Shown here piece after piece: positions 33,522 through 42,760 of a stretch of 64,000 nt of DNA. How positions within the stretch are numbered: the stretch's first letter is position 1; every line of letters starts with the position of its first letter. Under the pieces are notes generated by a model, which made no database searches, was not told where the DNA came from, and saw nothing but the letters and a program-made list of their open reading frames with translations. A program made the position numbers and the translations under genes. This DNA is from Vairimorpha necatrix (lineage: Eukaryota), in assembly GCA_036630325.1 (NCBI GenBank), contig CP142728.1, positions 682,001 through 746,000 of the forward strand, written 5' to 3'.

Positions 33522-34597
33522 GGTATATGACCGTTTGGAACCCGTTTTGGATAAAATTCTACGCATTGAAAATTTAAAAGGACATCTCTTACAAAATAGG
33601 CAATTTTTGTTGAGTCAGGTGAGATCTTAGTGATGAAATGTTGTTGAACTTGGAAATAAATAAAATTTTATGATGCCGAGACAGCGTGTGTCTTTCTGCC
33701 ACGCAGTTCATTGATAAAACCACTTTTTTTGTGCTTTTTCAACTCTGAAAGGTCAATGAATTTAATTAGAAGGATAAGACTAGTGACAAATATGTTTGGA
33801 ATTGTGCCAACCCTTGTAGCATCATTTTCTACGAGAACGGATTCTTTTTTAGAAATACCAAAATAAGTTCTTATAAAATCATAAGAATACTACATAAGTA
33901 TCAAAAGACTTTTTTAGCCCGTTATTTCAAACTATCTTGAACTAGATAGAACCCTCGCAAGTACATGTGGTTTGCTTTGCAGAGATTGCAAAATCGAAGA
34001 AGTAACTAATAGTAGTCAGAGATTGAAAAGTCGTGGTGAGTTTAGCATCTTTAAAGAAGTGGGTATCGACGAAAGTCTATTTTTCGAGCCAAATAATCGT
34101 AATAATTATACCATAGGTCAGTGGTATGTAGAAGGAGTGGAAAGAGGTTCTAAAAATGCCTTTCTCGCTATTTTAGCTAGTAAAATACTGCTACATTCGT
34201 TGGGGCAATACAAGATAATGTACTACCTGGTCCTATAGTGATCATTGATCAATTGAGAGCATATAGTGCCGCATTTAGACTTTTCACAGGGATGGAGCAC
34301 AGGACTTTGAATCACACCAACAATTTCGTAAACCTTAACGATCCCGAGACACAAGCCCAACAAATATAAGGATTTTAATCTTTTTAAGAAAGATATGCTC
34401 TAGACATGGAATAAACCAAGACGAACACTATAAGTACTCTCTACAGTTTCTCTGGGCTCATCAAATGTCGAAAAAATCAACGTATAAATCGTCTTCTTTT
34501 TATTCGAAATAAATCGTAAAGTCTCTTTTTAGAATTTAAATTTTAATTTTCCCGTTATATATATTTTTGTAATGCGGGTTCCAAAAGGTCATCTGCC
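33522..34597 (+). mobile_element. Decayed Merlin (IS1016/ISXO2-like) DNA transposon, 1076 bp
   Basis: 23-bp TIRs GGTATATGACCGTTTGGAACCCG and GGCAGATGACCTTTTGGAACCCG (20/23 match). 8-bp TSD CTAGTAGA/CTAGTAAA. Broken transposase: VGIDESLF, QWYVEGVERGS, LPGPIVIIDQLRAY, HRTLNHTNNFV. Confidence 0.9.
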
Positions 34598-34605
34598 CTA
34601 GTAAA

Positions 34606-36090
34606 TAATCGTGACTTATCAGCGAAAGCTTTGTGTTGATACACAAAGAACCAGGTCAATTTCCGCCTAGGCCAAATTATTTCCTGTGCCAAAGAGGCAC
34701 TGAAATTTTTATACAATAATAGTGTCTTAGGTAATCGTCAAGTTGATCAATGAAACTTGTTGTAAAGTCTAGCTGCAAAGTGTACAATTAGTTAGAACTA
34801 AGCTCAATGCTAAAATTGGGTAGTCTCAATGACTTGATTGTACGCAAAGTGCTATGATGGCCATACTTTGGGTGTATATATCGAATATTCGATGAGATTA
34901 GAAGAAAGTGTGGGAGATCCCATGACTTTATTTTACAGATCTTGCAACAACTGGCCGAAACTTGTCTCTAAAAACTATTATGTGCAGGGAAAGATATGGG
35001 GTGTAAAGAAGCATGTGCGAGTTGTAATCAAAAGTAGAAATGCCTGTTCACTTAGAATATGTTTATGCTTGATTATTTCATCTCATACCTGAAATTAGTC
35101 ATCTATAAATAATTCTCGAGCGACATGAATACGTTGGGAACTAATTCCACCGAAGTCAAAGTCCAATGGATAAGGCGGAGCTTGCTGCACAGACAAGTTT
35201 AATGGAGGGAGTTTAAGTAAGTGAGAATCAAAGAATATTTGAGGTGCTCTTAGCACAGTGGTAGAATGCAATGCTTCCATTGAGCAATGGCTGGGTTCGA
35301 TTCCCGGGCACCAAAATTGTTTCTACTTTCTATGATGCAGTTGGAACAACTCAGATGATAAAAATGCCCACGATAATCATTAAGTTGATTCAATGAAACT
35401 TGTGTGTATCCAGCCACAAGGGGGTTAGCATCTAGTGTATAAACGCACTTCAAAGCCAAAAAGCAGTATCATCCTTTGGTGACTTAATGATACATAAAAG
35501 TATCTAATGGGTACGGCCTAGTTGGAGCATATGGCTGGTACACTCTAGAGTGTGATCCTAGAGCTAACTAGAGACTAGACGAAGTAGGGCAATAGAAGGT
35601 TTCGTGGACCCTATCCTATCAGATTCTGTAACACGGTGGCCGAAACTAGTGGAAGACTGGTGGTCAACGCAGCCCAATAAAAACGCCGGGCTGGTGATGT
35701 GGTGTAGTAAGGAGCCTTGGGTGCAATAAAGATGATTGTAAAGTCCTTTGAGTCAGTACTATGATGTCTATCCTCGGGTTATAGATAACAATGCCCGTTA
35801 AGTATATCCGCTGTGAGGTCACTCTGGACGCGATTTGAGGTATAAATGGAAAGTGCTCTCCTGGAGCCAAAGTCCATTGGATAAGGCGGAGCTTGCTGCA
35901 CAGACAAGTTAATGGAGGGAGTTTTAGTGAGTATGAATCTCACAGTGCCAGTTAATGAGGATCACACCCAAATCCCTCTGGTCCCTTTGTAAGGTTTCTC
36001 CCTACCTCTTACTTGCAAGAAAAAAAATCACAGAATATTCGTTGGATGAAATTCAAAGTCCCTTCTCTTTCAAATTTATAAGTAAGTTTT
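34606..36090 (+). mobile_element. Outer, more degenerate SINE-like element, split by the inner copy (34606-35239 plus ~36040-36090)
   Basis: Colinear similarity to the inner element (AAGTTGATCAATGAAACTTG, GGCCGAAACT, near-identical 58-bp block at 35157-35214). Degenerate tRNA-like head at ~34611-34673. Ends approximate. Confidence 0.6.
35241..36025 (+). mobile_element. tRNA-headed SINE-like retroelement, ~790 bp, with LINE-like 3' tail and A-tail
   Basis: A box TAGCACAGTGG (35251-35261), B box GGTTCGATTCC (35294-35304), 3' hairpin GTGAG-TATGAAT-CTCAC (35927-35943), A-run at 36020-36027. 14-bp TSD AATCA[A/C]AGAATATT (35226-35239, 36026-36039). Confidence 0.75.
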
Positions 36091-36324
36091 TTTCTATGTT
36101 TACTAATATTAATTTCTATCTTTCTAGTCTAGATTTATTTGCTTGTCCAGTAAATTTTTTTATTTTTGGGCTTGCATAAATTAGGAAATTTTAAATACAA
36201 ATTTGCATAAACTTTAAAATAAATTTATCAAAATTAAATTCTTCAAAACTTTTAGCTTTGAAAAACTTTACCTGATCATATAGAATTAATACGTATAGTT
36301 TAAATTTTATTATAGTGTCATTTT

Positions 36325-37128
36325 TTATTTAAAAAATACTTGCTCTAGTTTATATTTCAATAATATTAAATAAACATGCATAAATGTTATCTCGGGCCAT
36401 AAAAAATTACAGAAAAATATATTTGCTCCTCTACAACATTGTAAGATTAAGAAATCTGACAATCTTTTCTCTCCACTAGTACGAATTACTAAATCAACTT
36501 CTCCTTTAAATTTGATTCCATTTTCTACTTCGTCTTGTGAACTGTACGCTATGAATAAATTTACAATTATTCCTTGATTATTTTTACTTTTTTCTACTAT
36601 CTTTTTCAGATTATTACTTATATTTTCAGGTAATAATTCCATATTTCCTATGACTCGTATTTTATAAGATTTGGGGTTTATTTCATGAGTAAGAAGTTGT
36701 AAAACATTTTGTATTTCTTTATGACTCCTGTTAAAATTTTTTATACTGAAGCAATAAAAACCCACTTCTGATAATTCTAAATATTGACATAAATTTATTA
36801 TCTCCCACATTTTCTTTAGTCCTTCTTTTTTTACTTGTTCTACATTTTTGTTCATTTTTTTCAAGTATCTTCTGTTTCCATCGGCGATGAAAGCAATTTT
36901 GAGATTTTTGAATAATTTTATTTTTTTATAAAGTGCGTAAATTAATAAACAAAGAATTGGGAAGAATTGTATTAAAACGGGGTAGATATTTGTAAGATAT
37001 TTACATTTATATAGAAATCTAAAGAAAGGTAAAAAATATTTAGAATTAATAATCGACTCTAAATATTTTATAAGAAATATTTTTAGAAATTTCAGTTTAC
37101 AAGTCTTTGTATTATTCGATAAATTCAT
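36325..37128 (-). CDS. RER2: cis-prenyltransferase (dehydrodolichyl diphosphate synthase)
   Basis: IAFIADGNRRY, FSIKNFNRS, IRTSGEKRLSDFL, LWPE. Start at MNLSNN after CCC. Confidence 0.9.
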   Translation of the reverse strand: MNLSNNTKTCKLKFLKIFLIKYLESIINSKYFLPFFRFLYKCKYLTNIYPVLIQFFPILCLLIYALYKKIKLFKNLKIAFIADGNRRYLKKMNKNVEQVKKEGLKKMWEIINLCQYLELSEVGFYCFSIKNFNRSHKEIQNVLQLLTHEINPKSYKIRVIGNMELLPENISNNLKKIVEKSKNNQGIIVNLFIAYSSQDEVENGIKFKGEVDLVIRTSGEKRLSDFLILQCCRGANIFFCNFLWPEITFMHVYLILLKYKLEQVFFK

Positions 37129-37239
37129 AAGGGCGAAAATAAACAAAAAGGTCAAATAAAAATTAATATACATAAATTTACAATACTAATCGTAAATATG
37201 ATACTAAAAATATTAATAAATAAATTTATTAAATACAAT

Positions 37240-37390
37240 AAACATTTTACTTTTTGATTTTGAACATTTTACACTTCGAATTTGAACATTTTACATTTTG
37301 AATTTGAACATTTTACTTTTTGAATTTTACACTCTGAATTTGAACATTTTACACTTGTTTAAGATATTTTTACATTTTGATTTAAACTTT
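37240..37390. repeat. ~21-22 bp degenerate tandem repeat (TTTGAACATTTTAC core)
   Basis: Directly visible, about 6 copies. Confidence 0.75.
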
Positions 37391-37392
37391 TC

Positions 37393-38982
37393 TTACACTA
37401 AAAATCCTCCAATTTGATTTCTAGTCACTTTTTTATCTTCTGCGTCTAAACAAGAGGCTATTTTCTCATACCTCTGCAATTCTTCTTCCATATCCCGATT
37501 TTTCTGATTATATTCCTCATAAAGACTCTCTAAATTCTCAAGATCTATTCCACTCTTTCCTAACTCATTACTAGTCTTTATTAATTTACTTGATTCATTC
37601 TCAATCTCATCATTATATTTCCTAAGTGTCTGTTCATAAACTTCATATTGCTTCTCAAGCATCTCCAATTTATTAGACTCATTTTCTAATAAATTCCTGT
37701 ATCTTTGTACTTCATTCTTAGTAATTCGTATTAGCGAAATGACTTGATCTTTCTTGTCATTAATTTGTGCACTGTTCTTATTTAAATTTGATATGTGGTT
37801 TTTATTCTTTTTTACATTATTTGTTAGGTTGTCTTTAGTCTTTTTTATATTTTTAATTTGGTTGAGAATGTTTCGTAACTTCTCTTTGTACGAATTCATC
37901 TCTAGAGATAATTTGTCTTTATTGGTTTTTATATCTTGTAATTTCATATTTATATATTCTTTACGATTATTTATTGCTTTCAATAAATTTTGTTGTTCTC
38001 TGAGTTTTGTATAGGCAAGTTTGTTTTCGACCTGATCGAGCATCGATTTATCGTCAAAATGCGGCGGGTCGGGTTTATAACCAGAAGTAAAAGGTGGTTT
38101 ATATTCAGTTGAGAATGGATCGGGCTTATTATTCTGATTTTTTATTAATTCATTTTTGAATGAATTTATTATTGCGTTCATCTTGGGGAAACCTCTGTTT
38201 CTGATCAGATCAGGAGAATCATCTCTTTTTCTTGATCTTATGTTTTTAAATGGTGATTGATTTGCAAAGGACTTGTTCAATAATTTGTCAAAAGGGTCGT
38301 TTGACAACGAGCTGTCTCTAGTGAATGGACTGTCTCTGGTAAATGGAAGTTTATTTGCTAGGGAGCTGTCTCTTGAAAATGGATTATCATTTAATAACGT
38401 ACTATTAGGCGAAAATGGATTATCATTTGAAAATGATCTATTTGGCAAAAATGGATTATCATTTGAAAATGATCTATTAGGCGAAAATGGATTATCATCT
38501 AACAATGACCTACCTGCTCTTGACAACGACCTATTGCCACTTGACAAAGGTCTACTCTTACTTGAAATTGGAATATTACTCGATACTGATCTGTCGAGTG
38601 CCAATAAACTATCCCCTGTAAATGGACTTTCACTTGCCCGCCTAGTTCGCTTTTGTTTATTTTTTCCCTTATTTACACTATTTACTATGTTTTTCAATTC
38701 TTTTACGCTTTTCTCATATTTGTCAATCTGCTGTGATAATTGACCTCGTTCCTCAATTGGCACATCAATCTCCACTCCTTGACTTGTAGACTTTCCTTTA
38801 CTGGAAATTCGCAAATTTTTATTTTCATTAAAAACCACTAATTCGCCGTCACTTGGCTCGACTTTCTTTTTTAAAGTATTCACTAGATTGAGATTTGCAC
38901 GCGGTGTATCATTGTTCGTAATGTTTAAATCGTCTATAACTAGTATTTTCCCGGATATATATAAAATCAAAAATATTATCAT
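37393..38982 (-). CDS. Putative secreted protein with Ser/Pro-rich 9-aa repeats and a long C-terminal coiled coil
   Basis: Hydrophobic N-terminus MIIFLILYISG, DNPFSPNRS-type repeats, heptad-rich C-terminal half. Confidence 0.75.
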   Translation of the reverse strand: MIIFLILYISGKILVIDDLNITNNDTPRANLNLVNTLKKKVEPSDGELVVFNENKNLRISSKGKSTSQGVEIDVPIEERGQLSQQIDKYEKSVKELKNIVNSVNKGKNKQKRTRRASESPFTGDSLLALDRSVSSNIPISSKSRPLSSGNRSLSRAGRSLLDDNPFSPNRSFSNDNPFLPNRSFSNDNPFSPNSTLLNDNPFSRDSSLANKLPFTRDSPFTRDSSLSNDPFDKLLNKSFANQSPFKNIRSRKRDDSPDLIRNRGFPKMNAIINSFKNELIKNQNNKPDPFSTEYKPPFTSGYKPDPPHFDDKSMLDQVENKLAYTKLREQQNLLKAINNRKEYINMKLQDIKTNKDKLSLEMNSYKEKLRNILNQIKNIKKTKDNLTNNVKKNKNHISNLNKNSAQINDKKDQVISLIRITKNEVQRYRNLLENESNKLEMLEKQYEVYEQTLRKYNDEIENESSKLIKTSNELGKSGIDLENLESLYEEYNQKNRDMEEELQRYEKIASCLDAEDKKVTRNQIGGFLV

Positions 38983-39425
38983 AATGGTTTGTTTACAGGC
39001 GAATTTATTATTATTTGTTTCATCAAATGTTTAAAACAGTAAAAACACCTTTTCGAAACATTGTAAATATTTTTATTTGTATTGTAATTATTAGAACTTT
39101 GCCTGTTCTATGTGAAAAATGAAGTCATAAAACTAATAAACATTTCTAGGGAAATGATAATTGGTCAATGGAAATGGTGTATTTGAAACGTATCACACTA
39201 TAACAATGCGAGTGAAATTGAACTGGTGTGAATGTTTTACAGTAAAACTGTGCGGGGTATTTTTTATATTCTAATTTAATATTATAAAAATGCAAATTTA
39301 TTAATAAAACATTTATATTTATACAAACAAAGTCTTTATACCTTTTTTGGTCTTTGTAGGTACAAATTTTTCTATTTGTTTTTTTTTATAAAATCAATAG
39401 TAAATTTTTTTTTTTAATCCCCTAA

Positions 39426-42023
39426 ATGCGAGATGAAGACTTGAAAAAGATCTATGCGGCTTATAAAAGCTGTAATATTGATGTTCCTTACACAAAAATT
39501 AATAATTTAATCTCTAAATCCCATACTATCATGGATACAATAGATGCAAATTATTTTAATATAAAAAGAATTCCTAATTTAAAAACGGAAATGAAAAATA
39601 TACTAAAAAATATTAATAATAAATCTAAAAAAACAAGAAGTTGGGGAGAAGAATATAAATTAGGCTTAGAACAAATACAGAATGTCCAATCATTAATGAA
39701 AAAACGAACTTATGATATAAAAATAAATCAAAAACGGATAAGTTTTGTAGTTGTAAACCAATACAGAAAATTTTTATCAAGACAATTTCCGAATTCAAAG
39801 ATGCGTAGAATTTCTAAGGAAATTAATATGTCAGGGAAAAAATTTGACAAAGAAAGACGAGATATAAATAAAAAAATGGAAAAAGCGGCACAAGAAAAAA
39901 GAAAACAAATTGAAGAAAATAAAGAAGTTATGAGACAAAAAAGGAAATTTGAATATTTATTGACTCAGACTGAACTATTTTCGCAATTTATGTTGGGCAA
40001 AAAAAAATTAGACAGTTTTGAAAAAAAAGATGATGAAGACGCGGAACTTAGCGAATTAAATAAAAAATTTCAAATGGCAGCGAGTCAAATTAAAGCGAAT
40101 ATTGAAGAAAAAAAAGATAGTCAACCAGAAATAAATGAAGAAAAAGGGAAATTAAAACAACCGAAAATGTTACAATGTGAACTTAAAGGTTATCAAATTA
40201 CAGGATTTAATTGGTTGGCGAGATTGTACAATCAAGGAATTAATGGAATATTGGCCGATGACATGGGACTTGGTAAAACTGTTCAGTCTATTTCTTTATT
40301 GGCTTATTTGGCAGAAACTGAAGATATTTGGGGACCATTTTTGGTAGTCACACCTGTTTCTACGCTTCATAATTGGGAACAAGAATTAAAAAAATTTGTA
40401 CCAAATTTTAAAGTACTAAATTATTGGGGAACGGGTCCTTACAGAGCACAAGCAAGACATGAAATTAAAAAGGCGAATGTTGTATTAACAAGTTATCAAA
40501 TAGCAGTAGCAGATTTTAAAATTTTGAGGAAGACTGTCTGGAAGTACATGATTTTAGATGAAGCACAAGCAATAAAAAGTTCTGCCTCTAAAAGATGGAC
40601 AACTCTTTTAGAATTCAAAACTAAGAGTAGACTACTTCTTACAGGTACACCAGTACAAAATACTATGAGAGAGTTGTGGGCTCTACTTCATTTCATAATG
40701 CCTTCTCTGTTTGATTCATTGGCCGAATTTACTGAATGGTTTTCTAAAGGCATCGAAGAATCGGCAGAGAAAAAGAAAGCAGTGGACAAAGTTCAACTGG
40801 AAAAACTTCACGCGATTTTGAAACCTTTTATGTTGAGACGACTCAAAAGTGATGTAAAAACAGAATTAGGAGAAAAAACAGAACTAGAAATTTATTGTGA
40901 TTTAAGTGTAAGGCAGAAAATTTATTATCAAAGCATCATCGACGCTTGTAAATCTTTTGAAATGGAAAATGTCGTCATGCAATTGAGAAAAGTTTGTAAC
41001 CATCCTGATATTTTTGAAAAATTAGAAACTACTACAAAACTCAGTATGTTAAGATATGACGAAGAAGGTAAAACAGTGGAAAGTGGAAGATCGAAGTTGT
41101 CTTTTAAAGTGCCTTGTTTTATGGCTAATGAATTTAATGAAGATTTAGAACGAAAAAATTTTATAAAAAAAATTATTAAAAATAAGTTGGAGCGTCGAAC
41201 TCAAGATTATGAGGTCAAAATTATTGAAGGCAGTAAATTAAACGGAGAATGGATCAATAATTCCAAAGAGGATAAATGTATTTTTGATTTGACCATCAAA
41301 GATCTTGTCAATAATCCAAAAAATGAGGTCATTGGAAATTTTTTCCACAGAAAATTCAAACAGAAAGTTGAAAAAGACATTTTTGATCTTCAAATGATTC
41401 CTGTTTTTACAAAAAAAATATTGTCGCAGACACCACATGTTTTTACAAATGATGGTGACTATGTAAAACTCAACAATGAAAATATTAATTTTACCATTAA
41501 AAATGTAGTAGATGTTCCGCCTCTAAATACTTTTATAATTGACAGTGGTAAACTTAGTTGTTTAGACAAACTTCTTACAAAATTAAAACAAGAAGACCAC
41601 AGAGTTTTGGTTTATTTCCAAATGACTAAAATGATGGATTTAGTTGAAGATTATTGTGTAAAAAAAGAATACACTTATTGTCGACTAGACGGCTCATCAA
41701 AAATAGCAGTGAGACGCGACACTGTCAATGATTGGCAAACAGGCGACAAGTTTATATTTTTACTAAGTACTAGAGCAGGTGGACTGGGAATAAATTTGAC
41801 GGCTGCTGATACTGTAATATTTTATGATAGTGACTGGAATCCGACTGTAGATCAACAAGCCATGGACCGGGCTTATAGAATTGGACAGACTAAAGATGTA
41901 ACAGTTTATAGATTGATTACTAGAAATACAATTGAAGAAAGAGTTATTGAGAAAGCAACAAACAAAGGAAATTTACAGAAAATGGTTATAAAAGGAAAAA
42001 TCTTTGAAGGTCTTGAATTTTAA
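39426..42023 (+). CDS. INO80: Ino80 chromatin-remodelling ATPase
   Basis: DBINO motif RQKRKFEYLLTQTELFSQFM, GILADDMGLGKT, LDEAQAIKSS and split helicase with SDWNPTVDQQAMDRAYRIGQ. Confidence 0.95.
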   Translation: MRDEDLKKIYAAYKSCNIDVPYTKINNLISKSHTIMDTIDANYFNIKRIPNLKTEMKNILKNINNKSKKTRSWGEEYKLGLEQIQNVQSLMKKRTYDIKINQKRISFVVVNQYRKFLSRQFPNSKMRRISKEINMSGKKFDKERRDINKKMEKAAQEKRKQIEENKEVMRQKRKFEYLLTQTELFSQFMLGKKKLDSFEKKDDEDAELSELNKKFQMAASQIKANIEEKKDSQPEINEEKGKLKQPKMLQCELKGYQITGFNWLARLYNQGINGILADDMGLGKTVQSISLLAYLAETEDIWGPFLVVTPVSTLHNWEQELKKFVPNFKVLNYWGTGPYRAQARHEIKKANVVLTSYQIAVADFKILRKTVWKYMILDEAQAIKSSASKRWTTLLEFKTKSRLLLTGTPVQNTMRELWALLHFIMPSLFDSLAEFTEWFSKGIEESAEKKKAVDKVQLEKLHAILKPFMLRRLKSDVKTELGEKTELEIYCDLSVRQKIYYQSIIDACKSFEMENVVMQLRKVCNHPDIFEKLETTTKLSMLRYDEEGKTVESGRSKLSFKVPCFMANEFNEDLERKNFIKKIIKNKLERRTQDYEVKIIEGSKLNGEWINNSKEDKCIFDLTIKDLVNNPKNEVIGNFFHRKFKQKVEKDIFDLQMIPVFTKKILSQTPHVFTNDGDYVKLNNENINFTIKNVVDVPPLNTFIIDSGKLSCLDKLLTKLKQEDHRVLVYFQMTKMMDLVEDYCVKKEYTYCRLDGSSKIAVRRDTVNDWQTGDKFIFLLSTRAGGLGINLTAADTVIFYDSDWNPTVDQQAMDRAYRIGQTKDVTVYRLITRNTIEERVIEKATNKGNLQKMVIKGKIFEGLEF

Positions 42024-42226
42024 AAATGGTAAAATGATGAAAAAATAAAATTTTTAATTTTTTAAATCAAAATATTATTAATCTACAACAGTGTAGAAAA
42101 GTATAAAAGCTGTAACGATTTGCTGAATAAGAACACTAAATTTTAGGGATTTTTGTCTTTAGAAACTCAATATGTGTTAAAACAACTTGTTTATTTAAAA
42201 ATTCAAAAAAAAATTATTTGGCCCTA

Positions 42227-42673
42227 ATGATTATTTTTAGAAATTCGAATGAAAAAACTGTTTTACCTTCTCTATTTTTAAAAACACAGAAAAAATTCGA
42301 AATTACAATCGGAACATATCAAAACACTGTAGTATCCTGCACAGATGACAAATCTACATTATATTTAAAAAATAATTTAACATTAGAAATTCCTTTTCTT
42401 TTTCAACAACCATCAAAAAAGTATTCCATAAAATTTAATGAATACATTTTGGAAGAGAAAACTGTCTTTGTCTCAGACGCTGTAAATATTGAAAATAAAA
42501 ATTACAACTTTGTAATATTTCATGACTTAGATCTTTATCCTTTTGTTTATGACTACTTGAGAAATAGGTTTGATTTACTAGATGCTAAATATAAAATATT
42601 TAATAAGAAAATATTTATAAGACAAATAATAACTTGTAATATCATACAGGAGGATAATATTAAAATTAAATAA
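42227..42673 (+). CDS. Hypothetical protein
   Basis: CCC-TA-ATG start, 148 aa, no recognised motif. Confidence 0.65.
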   Translation: MIIFRNSNEKTVLPSLFLKTQKKFEITIGTYQNTVVSCTDDKSTLYLKNNLTLEIPFLFQQPSKKYSIKFNEYILEEKTVFVSDAVNIENKNYNFVIFHDLDLYPFVYDYLRNRFDLLDAKYKIFNKKIFIRQIITCNIIQEDNIKIK

Positions 42674-42760
42674 AATTTATTTAAGACAGTTTGTTTGTTT
42701 TAGACAGTTTGTTTGTCTCGTTTATGCAAAAAAGCATAAATAGACTCAAAAAATAAATTT

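Noticed and set aside
35243-35313. Functional tRNA gene (Gly-TCC or Met-CAT)
   Set aside because: Only 5 nt remain for the 3' acceptor strand after the T stem, and the anticodon loop is non-canonical. Better explained as a SINE head.
34953-35647. Hammerhead ribozyme suggested by the conserved GGCCGAAAC
   Set aside because: No CTGANGA core at a suitable upstream position in either copy.
35700-35710. U2 snRNA branch-pairing sequence GTGTAGTA
   Set aside because: Flanks do not match U2 (no GATCAA before or TCTGTTC after), and it lies inside the SINE body.
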